The notes beneath the pieces were generated by a model. It saw nothing but the letters and a program-made list of their open reading frames with translations, had not been told where the DNA came from and did no database searches. This document shows, piece after piece, positions 25,265-36,198 of a stretch of 64,000 nucleotides of DNA (its first letter is position 1; every line of letters begins with the position of its first letter). Location of the stretch: positions 14,880,001 through 14,944,000 of the forward strand of contig CDPCPM010000054.1 in assembly GCA_976551045.1 (NCBI GenBank), read 5' to 3'. A program made the translations under genes and the position numbers. This DNA comes from Glaucostegus cemiculus. Its lineage: Eukaryota.

Positions 25265-25750
25265 AGAGCCACAGAGTTATACAGTGCAGAAGCAGGCCCT
25301 GATCTAGTCCCATTTGCCCGTGTTTGGCTCCTATCTCTCTAAACCTTTCTGAACCAAACATTGCAATTGTACTTGCCTCTACCACTTCCTCTGGCAGCTT
25401 GTTCCTTGTTACACACCACCCTCTGTGTGGAAAAAATCTTTGCCACCCCCCCAGGTCCCCTTTAAATCTTCCCCTCTCACTTTAAACCTATGTTCTTTAG
25501 TTTTAGACTCATCTACCCTGGGAAAAGGAATATGCCCACCATCTTATCTATGCCCCTCATGATTTTATTCACCTCTATAGTGTCACCCCTCAGCCTCCTA
25601 CACTCCAGGGAAAAATACCCCAGCCTATCCGGTCTCTTCTTATAACTCAAGCCCTGAAGTCCTGGTAGCATCCTTGTGAATCTTTTCTGCACCCTTTCCA
25701 GCTTAATAACATCCTTCCTCTAACTAGGGACCAGAACTATACCCAATTCT
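25265..25750 (-). mobile_element. CR1 3' region inserted in an older plus-strand CR1 (about 24990-25880)
   Basis: agagttatacagtgcagaagcaggcc...gaccagaactatacccaa; host text reads agcagattcgatggagacat | ttttaaaagggaattggataaatac. Confidence 0.8.
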
Positions 25751-27801
25751 CTTTTAAAAGGGAATTGGATAAATACTCGAAGGGGAGAAATTTGCAGGGC
25801 TCTTTCGGGAATAAACTTTATTGGATAGCTCTTTCAAGGAATTGGGACCAGTGTGATGGCCTCTTGTGTGGTGTATGGGAGGGGGAATGAGAAACCAAAT
25901 ACTTGAACTGGCTGAATGAATGGAAAATCCTCATGTTAGTATGTTCTAAATGACACTAGAACATGTGCTGAGGTTGGGACATGATCAGGAGGTAGGGAGT
26001 GTATTATAGTTCTAATGCTGCCACGTGGTTTAAGCAGTGATAGCCAGAGTTTGTCTTCTGGATAAGAGATGAATTTTGCTGACTTCCTTCCTAGAATTTT
26101 CCTGTAGGAGTTAAATCTGGTCATGCATTTCCACAGTACCTTTCACAAGTCCCCAAATGCTTTGCAGCCAATGAACTAGTCCACTGAAACACATCAGCCT
26201 ATTCGTACACTGCAAGCTCCCACAAGGAGGAATGAGATGGTAACCAGATATTCTGTTTTGGTGAAGTTGAAGAGGTATCCATTGGGCAGAGAACTGGAGA
26301 AAACGCCCCCGTATCTTCAGCTCAGTTTAACATCTCATTGAAAGGCTGGCACATCTGGCAGTGCAGTACTCCCTCAGAGTTACCATACAGTATTGGTTTG
26401 GACTTTTCTTTGCCCTTTCCCTGGAGCTAGTAGAACTGGAGAGTAGAGAAGGAGGATCAGAATGATTACTGACAGCAGGTTTGGTCCATCCTTTCTCTCA
26501 TTAAAACAGGAGAAGGCCGTTCAGCCCATCAATGCTGCTCTGCAATTCACTTGGCCCATAGCTGACCTATATCTTAACTCCATTTATTTGCTTTGCTCCA
26601 TAACCTTTGGCTGGCAAATACTGACCAGTCTTGGATTCAAAGTTATTTGAGCAGGGATCGACTGCTTTTTTGTGGCAGTGAGTTCCACGCAGCAGCAAGG
26701 GATGGGTCAAGGATCCACACACCTCTTCAGGAATGGCCTAGTTCTCATTTTAAGGTCATGTTTCTGTGTCCTTGGCTCTGTGCCAGTGGAGAGTCCTTCA
26801 CTCTCTCTACCCATCAATTCTTTTCAAAATTCTGAAAAGCTCAAGCAAATCAACCCTTAGCCTTCCATAATGCAAACCTGGTTTGTGTAGTCTCTCCTCA
26901 ACAACTATACTTTGGAGTGTGGTCAATCTGCATTGTCCTTCTAAGTCCTTCAGCACAGGAACTGGCCTTTCAGCTCAGTGAGTTATTTTCACCATACAGG
27001 CTTCCTTCCACCCCTCTTTCCCTATCAGCACCTCATTCTCTTCCTTGCTCCCTCATATCCCACCTGGCTTTCCCTTAAGATCATCTCTTCCATTAACCTC
27101 GACTCTCTGTAACAGTGAATCCCATATTCTCACAGCCGTCTGGGTAAAGGACTGTTCTTTCCAAGGCAAGGTAACCAAAGATATACATAGTGCTCTCAAT
27201 GTATTTTGTACTAAACATCCTCCTTTCGTGTTCTTGCCCTCTAGCTACAATGGCTACCCTTTTCATGTTTGCAAGCTGTTACATCAGATCAGAAAGGATT
27301 GAATTGAAACAGTCATTGTATGGTGCCTAGATTCTTTAGCTTAAAGTTAACTGAATACAGAATTGTCTAAATATGAATGGACTAATCTTAAGATGTATAA
27401 AGCCCCCAGTATGACCATTGACTGCACTCACCAGGCCCATTCACCAGCAAATGGGCATAACCTTTTACTACTTTAACCCCAGGCCATTATCACATTTTGT
27501 TCCATGCATCACCAGGCAGTTGATGCTCAAAAGAATAATCAGATAATAATACAAGGAGTAACATGCCATTCTCAAAGTATGTAGCATCACAATTTCATTA
27601 TTTATGAGTATTCAACTGGTAAAAGGGATGTGAAATAAACTATAAACCAAATTAGGAAGGAATTATATACACAAGGTAGAAGCACTTATGTAATGGAGAC
27701 ACAAGTGAGACTGCAGATGCATTTCCCTCCATAGATGCTGCCTGACTTGCTGAGTTCCTCGAGCATTTTGTACTCATTGCATTTCTGTAAATAACATAAG
27801 A

Positions 27802-28080
27802 TATTTATTTATTAGTCACATGTACATCGAAATACAGTGAAATACATCTTTTTGTGTTGCTAAGACTATGCTGGGGGAGCCCCCAAGTGTTGCCCACTCT
27901 TCCGGTGCCAACATAGCATACCCACAGCTGGACATCTTTGGAATGTGGGAGGAAACCAGAGCACCCGGAGGAAACCCACGCAGACACGGGGAGAATGTAC
28001 AAACTCCTTACAGGCAGAAGTGGGAATTTAACCCAGGTCGCTGGTGCTGTAATAGCATTACACTAACCGCTATGCTACCG
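27802..28080 (-). mobile_element. V-SINE with HE1-type head and V-domain but a Rex1-type tail
   Basis: 27935-28080 closely matches 1998-2145; minus-strand tail atttcactgtatttcgatgtacatgtgactaataaa resembles the Rex1 tail tttcactgt...gtacatgtgacaataataaa. Confidence 0.75.
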
Positions 28081-28449
28081 GATGGCAACCGATACACAGT
28101 CAATTATTAATTTTAAACCTGTGAGTGATAGATTTTTGTTAACCAGCAGAGCTGAGAGAAAGGCAGTTACTTTTAATTTATGTGTTCATGGGATGTGGGT
28201 GTCATTGGCAAGGCCAGCATCTATTGCTCAACCCTAATTACCCTTGTACTGAGTAAAAGTACAAACACATTGTAAAATCCCAGCACATTGTGTGAGTCAG
28301 GGGTCACACATAGATGGGAACAGGTATGGATAGCAGCTTTCTTTCCTTGATGACCATCAAAGAACCAGATGAGTTTTTAAACAACAGTTGTGGTGATCAT
28401 TACTGATATTAATTTCTTTAAATTTAATTAACTGAATTTAAATTTGACA

Positions 28450-29030
28450 ATTTGAGTATAGGAGTTGGGACATTATGCTGCAGTTGTACAAGACGGTGAA
28501 GCTGTACTTGGAGTATTGTGTACAGATTTGGTCGCCCTGTTATAGGAAATAAATCATTAAACTGAAAAGAGTGCAGCGAAGAGTTACGAGAATGCTGCCA
28601 GGACTCGAGGGTCTGAGTTATAGGGAGTGGTTGGGAAGGCAAGGACTTTGTTCCTTGAAACATTGGAGATTAAGGGTGACCTTATAGAGGTGTATAAAAT
28701 CATGAAGGGTATAGATAGGGTGAACACACATAGTCTTTTTCTGAGGGAAATGGAATGAAAAACTAGAGGGTATGGGTTTAAGGTGAGAGGTGAAATATTT
28801 AAAAAGGACCTGAGGGACAGAGAGTGGTGTGTATATGGAATGAGCTGCCAGAGAAAGTGTTTGAAGAAGGTACAATAACATTTTAAAAACATTTGGATAA
28901 GTACATGGATAAGAGGTGTTCAGAGGGATATGGTCCAAAAGCAGGCAAATGAGACTAGCTTGGTGGGCATGGACAAGTTGGGTCAGAGGGCTTGGTTCCA
29001 TGCTATATTACTCTAGGACTCTATAACTGA
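28450..29030 (+). mobile_element. CR1 3' region
   Basis: cttggagtattgtgtacagatttggtcgccctgttatagg (LEYCVQIWSP) through to the 3'UTR. Confidence 0.88.
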
Positions 29031-29321
29031 ATAATGGAAGTTAAACTATTTTCCTTATATCAGGCCACAGGATACTAAACCAGCACCTTAGTCATTATGC
29101 TTCCATTTGGAGTTAGATCCTGGTTCAACTTGATCTCATTGTGTGGTGTGACAGGTTTGGGGCTGAATGGCTCTGGTATCCTGAGTTACAATGGCTGAGG
29201 CTTGGGCTTTCCTGATGCCTAGGTGGGTATATTCAGTTGATAGCTGAGGAGTGTCATTTAGGACAAACCCCCAGGTTTGGCTACTGATTGGTGTTGATCA
29301 GTTGATCTCAGCTGGGAGCAG

Positions 29322-30018
29322 TGTTGTGTGAAATGGACCTTTTACCGTCTTGTGAATCAAGGATTCTAAACACAGCTTTGTGAATCACAACTAGTTTAAT
29401 CACAAAAGCAAACGCAGGGACAGAATGGATGGAAGCAGACACACGCTCGCTCACACAGGATACTGCACACACGAGAGAGGGATCGCAACTGAAATAAAAT
29501 ACACACACACACACAGATGCACACAAGTATTCAATAACAGTACACACCTTCAAACTATGATACTACAATGCTGGACCCACCCTAGCACTGGCTCTGACAC
29601 TACCCGGAGTCTGAGTGGATTACTCCCTGACCATGTGGCGATGCGCTCTTACCAGAGGTTTCTGTTGTGTTACCTCACTACTCCCGGGGTCGTAAAAGAG
29701 AGAGAACTGGGGTCTCAGCCCTTTTTATGGTGCTGGAAGGCTGGGTGGAGCCTTACTGTTACCATTTGAAGGAACCAATAGTGGAGAGGTCAAGGACAAA
29801 AGGCTCTGCCACAGCCAATGGTCAAGGGAATTCAAGGAGAAAAGAACTGGTCAGACAAGTTTAGGGTCAAGGGATACTCTCCCACCTGAGGGGTGGGTGG
29901 AGCCGCACCTTGACTGACAGGAGGATGACTTCCGATTAGAAGGAGCAATACTGTCTTCCGGTCAACGAGGGTCAGTGTCACTACTGTCACGTGACAGCCA
30001 TGTTGATTTCTCACAACA
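29322..30018 (-). mobile_element. Probable solo LTR, family B (697 bp)
   Basis: 13-bp terminal inverted repeat TGTTGTGTGAAAT / ATTTCTCACAACA (1 mismatch); flanks agcag and agccg (5-bp TSD, 1 mismatch); minus-strand order of CCAAT/GT boxes, cataaaaag, TG repeat and attaaa. Confidence 0.7.
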
Positions 30019-30564
30019 AGCCGTAATTGGAATTGTCCAGTGGACTCCTGGTGTGGGGGGTGGTAGGGGGAGAGTGGCGATGAGCCAAGACTAGTCACAG
30101 TAGAAAGTAAAACAAAGAGAAGAACACACAGCTGATCAAGCAGCATGTGTGAAGAAAGAAAGAACATTGAGGCTTCAGGTCAATGAATTTTCAGCAGATG
30201 GTAAATGTTTGGCACTCAACGGCTATTAAGGAAAGAGAGAGGCAGGGGGAAGAAGGCAGGACAGACTAAGGGGGAAAGTCCATGATGGTGTGGGATGAGG
30301 ACGTACAGTAAAAATTAATAAACCAGATGGGACAATGGAGCAAGGCAAAAGTGAGGTGAGGCTGGGGCAAACATGGAATAAGAAGGTGAGTCTAACAGAG
30401 GGGTAGATGGTTACCAAATGGTTAAGAAAATATGGGAGGTGTGGTAAAGACTGTTAAGTATTTAATCATCGGGCATTAGCCAGGCGGTGAGAGGGAATGG
30501 GACTGTCATACTGACACCCATGAAGCGATCAGGATGTGGAAGAGAAGGCCAGTTCACATTATGG

Positions 30565-31035
30565 GAGTGCAGCCCAGTCCATCGCACAAACCAGCATCCC
30601 CTCCATCGACTGTCTGCACTTCCTGCTTCCTTGGGAAGGCAATCGAAATAATCAAAGACCCCTCCCATCCCAGTCATTCACTCTTCTCCCCTTTCCCATC
30701 GGGCAGAAGATACAAAAGCTTGGGAACATGTACCACCAGGCTCAAGGATAGCTTCTATCCTGTTGTTATAAGACTCTTGAATGGATCTCTTGTACAGTAA
30801 AGATGAACTCTATCTCTCAGTCTACCTTGTCATTGGCTCTTGCACTTTATTTGTCTACCTGCACCGCACTTGCTCTGTAACTGTAACACTATACTCTGTA
30901 TTTTTTCTGTCTTTTTTTCCTTTTGTACTACTTTGATATACGTATTTATGTATGGAATGATCTGTCTGGATGGCATGCAAACAAAAGTTTTTCACTGTAA
31001 TTTGGTACATGTGACAATAATAAACCAATTACCCA
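30565..31035 (+). mobile_element. Rex1/Babar 3' part
   Basis: ORF 30534-30800 IIKDPSHPSHSLFSPFPSGRRYKSL...RLKDSFYP plus tail. Confidence 0.9.
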
Positions 31036-31954
31036 TTATCAAAGAATTTTGTGACTGGTGCGATTTGATTCAGAGAAGGCCAATACTGATGGTACAGTGC
31101 CAGTGAAGGGTGCTGTGTTGGTACAATCATGTGTACCCAGAATGATGTGGTCTCGGTTCCCCTGCAGTGCTTCGGAAGGAATGTTCCACCCTTCACTGCC
31201 CGATACAGAAATCGCATCAATGTTGTAAGGGTGACTGACATCAGGAGGTGCCTCATCGAACTTCATGAGTGATGAGACATGATCAGGAAATGGTAATGTT
31301 TATGTTCCATCCCAGAACAAAAATCAATTTTCAATTGCACAGCACTGAGAAAACAGAATTATGCAATTGAATTCTTAGGCAATAGAACTTACAGCACAGA
31401 ATCAGTCCATTAAGTCAAATGGTCCACGCAAGACTTCTCCCTCTCTCTGCTGACAGGGAGAGGGAGAAGTCTTTCTATTCCCTTATGAGCTTACCCAGTT
31501 AATACCACTCATCTCAAATTACTCCTCGGATTGCACTAATCGAGTAAGGAAGTTCTCTCAATAGTTATCTTATATTGATGGGTACCAGTTTAGCTTTGCC
31601 GCATAAGCAGTAACATGTTTTATTATTTTACGTGAATCCTGGCAAGGCCAACATTTAGTACCCTTGCTTACTGGCTTCTTAGACCATTTCAATGGACAGC
31701 TTGGAGTTAATCACCCATACAGAGTGAGGCAGCAGGTTCAACAAACAATCTGCTGGAGGAACTCAGTGGGTCGAGCAGCATCTGTGGGAGGAAAGGAATT
31801 GTTGATGTTTCCAGTTGAAAACCTGCATCAGAACTGGGTCCAGCATCTGCAGTCTCTTGTGTCTCCAAGGTGACAGGTTTCCTTCTGGAAGGACATTAGT
31901 GGACTAGACAGCTCCTTAAGACAATCCAGTAACTTCGTGGTTACAGGAGCTAAC

Positions 31955-32557
31955 ACAGCGCCTCATATTCTACCCAAGTAGTCTACAACCCGACGGCATA
32001 AACATTGAATTCTCCATTTTCAGGTATCCCACTCAGTCTCTTTCTCTGTGGTCTTGGTTTACCCAGTTCCTCCTACACATACCCAGCTCTAGCCGTCTAT
32101 CACCCATAGTCTTTCCCCTCCTCCACCTATTCTATCTGCCCATCGCACACATACTCCTCCCACTACGTCCTCTCCCCCCACCATTCCCATCTGCCCCACC
32201 CCACCTCAGTTATTTGGTTCCATGCTCCACTTTCCTTTCCTATCAGGTTCCATCATCTGCAGCCCTTTACCACCTCCACCTATCACCTCCCAGCATCTTT
32301 CTCCATTTCCACTCTTCCCTCCTCCATCTGCCAATTAACCCCTCCTCACCTGGATCTACCTATCGCCGGCCAGCTCTTGCTTTACCCCTTCCCTTCACTC
32401 GATCTATCTCCCTTCTACTCTTAGTCCAGATGAAGGGTTTCAACCCGAAACATCAACAGTCCATTTCCCTCCACAGATGCTGCCTGACCCAATGAATTCC
32501 TCCAGCAGTTTGTTTTTTTGCTCTAGATCCCGGCATCTGCAGTCTCTTGTATCTCCC
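31955..32557 (+). mobile_element. Penelope-like element: GIY-YIG C-terminus, pyrimidine-rich region and terminal unit
   Basis: Encodes SLQPDGINIEFSIFR; hammerhead-like cagatga-a-gggt-ttca-accc-gaaac at 32427-32451. Confidence 0.8.
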
Positions 32558-33840
32558 AGTGCTCTGTTCCAGTTTCATCTTTCAACTAATTACCTGAATT
32601 TAAATTCTCTTGATGTAACTGTGAGGTGTGAACTTGATGCCAAGGATCATTAGTCCAAGCCTCTGAATTACCAACACAATCACATAACCATTATGCTACC
32701 TTGGAGCGCTGTATGTTAGCATCTCCTCCACCTAAATGCTTTTTTGAAGACATCAGCATTAATACTATAAAGTGACTGGGAGGAAGACGGGGCTCTTAAG
32801 TGGAGCTTAAGTTGAGCTCCTTTATCACCGGTGCACATGCATTGACTTTGCCTATGGATGTGGGTAAGGATTAGCCACTTTCTCTGCCCAAGTCTCTGCT
32901 GTGGGAAAGCCTCAAAACACTCACCGTCGGGGCTCATACAAGAAGAACCTGGATGAGTGACCAGGATATCTGGCTTCTTGCATTCAAGATCTGTTGAGTC
33001 ATAGCTCAGTAAGTAGACACCAGTTATAGGAAGTGTAAAGTTATGGGGAAAAGTGTGGATGAAACAGTCAGTTGATAGAAATGATATGGCTTTCAACCCA
33101 TCCAGCTTTGCAAAACTTGGCCTTATTTTTATTTTAAATGGTGCACAGCAAAAGTGGGTTGCATTTGAGAAGAATCCTGACAGTAACTTGGAACATTATG
33201 GCCTCAACATAGACTAAAATCGTTATTATGTAGTATTCTTAATGGATCCATCTCTCTAGGGACGGCTGATTTGCACTGATTGGGTTTTTGTTGAAGCTGA
33301 TTTAGTCTGGGATACTGCTAGCTTGTCATTATTAATTTAAGAATCAATTTTGCTACTTCCAGTGCACACTGGAAGCAAGTGAATGGTTGAAATGCAATCA
33401 TCTATGTCCTGGCAGCATGGTGAGTGGAACAGCACTTGTACACTATGGAGTACAGTATAAGAGACCCACTGATTTGAAAGACAGGATAAGGACAATCTTG
33501 TTTTTGATTAAAAGTTTATAAGAAACAGAACAATTGCCTGTCAGAATGGATCTGTAGAGCTGGGCTTGGGATATGCTTTGGATGTATCAAGCATGTCGGC
33601 TTTATTGCAACTGTAATGATCCAAAACAGCCTCCCATTACATCAAGTTCCATCTCTTCGACTCATCAGAGCAGTGTATTTCCTGGATAACTTCCATCAGG
33701 CTGTGGTGAACTAAAGATGTTAACTTTGTCTCAGTACCTTTAGAGCCATAGATTCAAACTTCAGTAAGTGAAAGATGATTGAGCAGACCATCAGGATATC
33801 TAACAGTAACAGGCAAGGATGTTGGGCTGATTACTTGTAG

Positions 33841-34652
33841 TGTGATGATACGGAGTGTACCATCCAAGAGCTCTAAACTTAAGTCAAGAGTTTAATTTTT
33901 ATCTGGCATAAGTATTTATGAGAACCCTCACTATAGGGAGATTATAGTGTGTCAACCTACACTTCAAGGACTAGTTTATTTCACTACTTTAGTCTCTACG
34001 GAAAAGTCCAGCTGTCAATAATCACTATTATGAGCAGTGGATCCCTCCTCCTTACCAAGGAGAAAATACTTCCAGCTAACAAAGCAGGTTAAACACAGTT
34101 TATTGTGTTTTAAGTGAGATGCATTTAATTTTTATAAGTAATTCTTAACAACGACTTGCAACTTACAAAGGATTTCCAAACACAAGTACAATTCCTACGA
34201 GCTGAAAAGTCATACCAACAAGTTGCAAAAACCAAAGGCTGAGGAATGAATTCTGGGCCTTCTTTCTGTAACCCTTTCTCTCTGTCATTCCCCTCTATCC
34301 TGACTGCTTTCTAACATTTATACTGTTTTTTTCACTTAGTTGACATCCTTGGCATGTGATGTTTCTTCAACCACTTTTTCAGGCCAGGTGACTGGAGAGA
34401 TTAATTAAGTAAATGTGGATCCCATTGTTCTCTTGTTTATGTTAAGAGGCTGAGCAGGGACGATTGGTTAGAAGTTTAACTTAGCAAACAACAAACCTCT
34501 TGAGCCTTGGTCAATTTCTGCTGTTTTTGCAAAAGGGACTTTAGCTTCATGAACAACCACTTCTTGACCTTTGGACAGGTCATGCTGCTGTGCTAAAAAG
34601 CTGAGGTTAGCAATAAGCCTTTCTGGGGCCTGGAGAGTGAATATCCATTACA
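33841..34652 (-). mobile_element. Probable solo LTR, family A, copy 2 (812 bp)
   Basis: TGTGATGATA...ATATCCATTACA ends; flanks gtag and gtcg; minus-strand TATAAA at 34317-34322 and AATAAA at 34099-34104; roughly 90% identical to copy 1 by eye. Confidence 0.75.
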
Positions 34653-34672
34653 GTCGCATTTTCAAAACCTAG

Positions 34673-35008
34673 AGTAGGAAGGGAGGGAGACTGGAAAGGA
34701 GAGAGGAAGAAAGTGAAAGAGATGATGGAGGAGGGAAAGAGAGGGGAAAGAGGAAAGGGAAGGAATGATGGAAGAAAAGAAGCAAGGAACAGAGAAAAGG
34801 GGTAAGGGTAAAGGGAAGAGAGGAATGGAAGGGAAGGATGGGAGGGCAGAGGGGAAGGTAGGGATGGAGGGATGGAGAAAGGTAGCGAGGAGGGAAAGGC
34901 AATGGAAGGAGAGAAGGAAATGAAGGAAGGAAAGAAGGAGGGAGAATGGGAGAGAAGGGAGTGAGGGAGAGAGGAAGAGAAGAATAGGAAGGTGGGAGTG
35001 AGGAAAGA
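34673..35008 (+). repeat. GA-rich polypurine low-complexity tract
   Basis: About 335 bp almost entirely of G and A (ggaa, ggga and gaga units). Confidence 0.9.
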
Positions 35009-35819
35009 TGGCTTTGTTGTATATGCTTCTATGACCTCCAGATACCCCAGACTATGAAATATTTTTCACTGTTGTGAGTTCAAGAGGTTCATTAGAAGAA
35101 ACAATCTCTTCCCTCTATCTTGAACATTCTCTCTCCCCACTCTATCCCCCCACCACCCCCCAACTACTAACAGTACATGCCATCTACAAATTCACCATAA
35201 TTACTTTCCAATGTAAAGTCTTTGGAACAGATTTCAGAGGCAGAGTACCCCACATTGGCACCATTTTATAGCATGTTCAGCACCCCATCTGGGAATGAAT
35301 TTCTAATGTTTCCAATTGCTGCACAGCTGATAACCAAAGGGCAAAGCTTTAAGTTGACTGGCAAAAGAACTAAAGATGAAATTTTATACACAAGAAATGC
35401 TTAGGATTTGGAATGTGCTGCCTGATAGAGACTTGGAAACAGATTCAGTTAAAGCTTAAAAATGAGAATTGGATAAATACTTGACAGAGAAGAAATTCCA
35501 AGAATATGGCAGAAAGGCAAGGAATGAAGTTAACTGGATTGCCCTTGGAAAGGGCTTGTGATTGACTTCCTTCCATGTGTCTTGCCTATCCTATGGTTCT
35601 GTAGACCAGATCTTGTGCTGACACAGATGGTTTTGAACTGAGTCTCTGGCAGTTACTGAATATACAGCAAGTACATGGAACTACCCCATGTGTTATCAAA
35701 CATGGACTGATTGAAACACTCAGAATCCTGAATCAGTCAGTTTGCTCCACCACTGGACTTGATTTGGATTCAAGTAGCAGGGCTCAGTCTTGCTGAGATT
35801 TCTCAAAATTTAACCTGGG

Positions 35820-36023
35820 GAGACACAAGAGACTGCAGATGCCAGAAACTGGAGCAAAAAACAATCTGGTGGATGAACTCAGTGGGTCAAGCAGCATCTG
35901 TGGGAGGAAAGGAATTGGTGATGTCTTGGGACCTGATGCAGAGTTTTGACCCAAAGCATTGACAATTCCTTTCCTCCCACAGTTGTTGCTCGACCAGCTA
36001 AGTTCCTCCAGCTGAGTGTTTGT
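35820..36023. mobile_element. Penelope-like palindrome
   Basis: acaatctggtggatgaactcagtgggtcaagcagcatctgtgggaggaaaggaattg versus caattcctttcctcccacagttgttgctcgaccagctaagttcctccagc. Confidence 0.8.
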
Positions 36024-36078
36024 TTAACCTGGAGAATTGCCTCTATAATGGGTTAGACCTGGCACATGATCTGAGACA

Positions 36079-36198
36079 GGCACAGTGGTGCAGCAGGTAA
36101 TGCTGCTGTTTTGCAGTTCCAGTGACCAGGGTTTGATCCTGAACTTGGGTGCTGTCTGTGGAAGCTTGCACATTCTTCCAGTGACGCTATGGGTTTCC
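36079..36198 (+). mobile_element. HE1 V-SINE 5' part, split by a CR1 insertion (continues at 38832-38914)
   Basis: Head ggcacagtggtgcagcagg...gggtttcc resumes as tttcctcccagtgctctggtttcctcccac. Confidence 0.8.

Noticed and set aside
33356-33375. 9-bp palindrome cttccagtg-ca-cactggaag
   Set aside because: Too short to distinguish from chance in 64 kb.
20963-34652. A single 13.7-kb provirus bounded by the two family A LTRs
   Set aside because: The outer flanks (aacc and gtcg) do not match, each copy has its own near-TSD, and the interval has no gag/pol, only older LINEs and SINEs.
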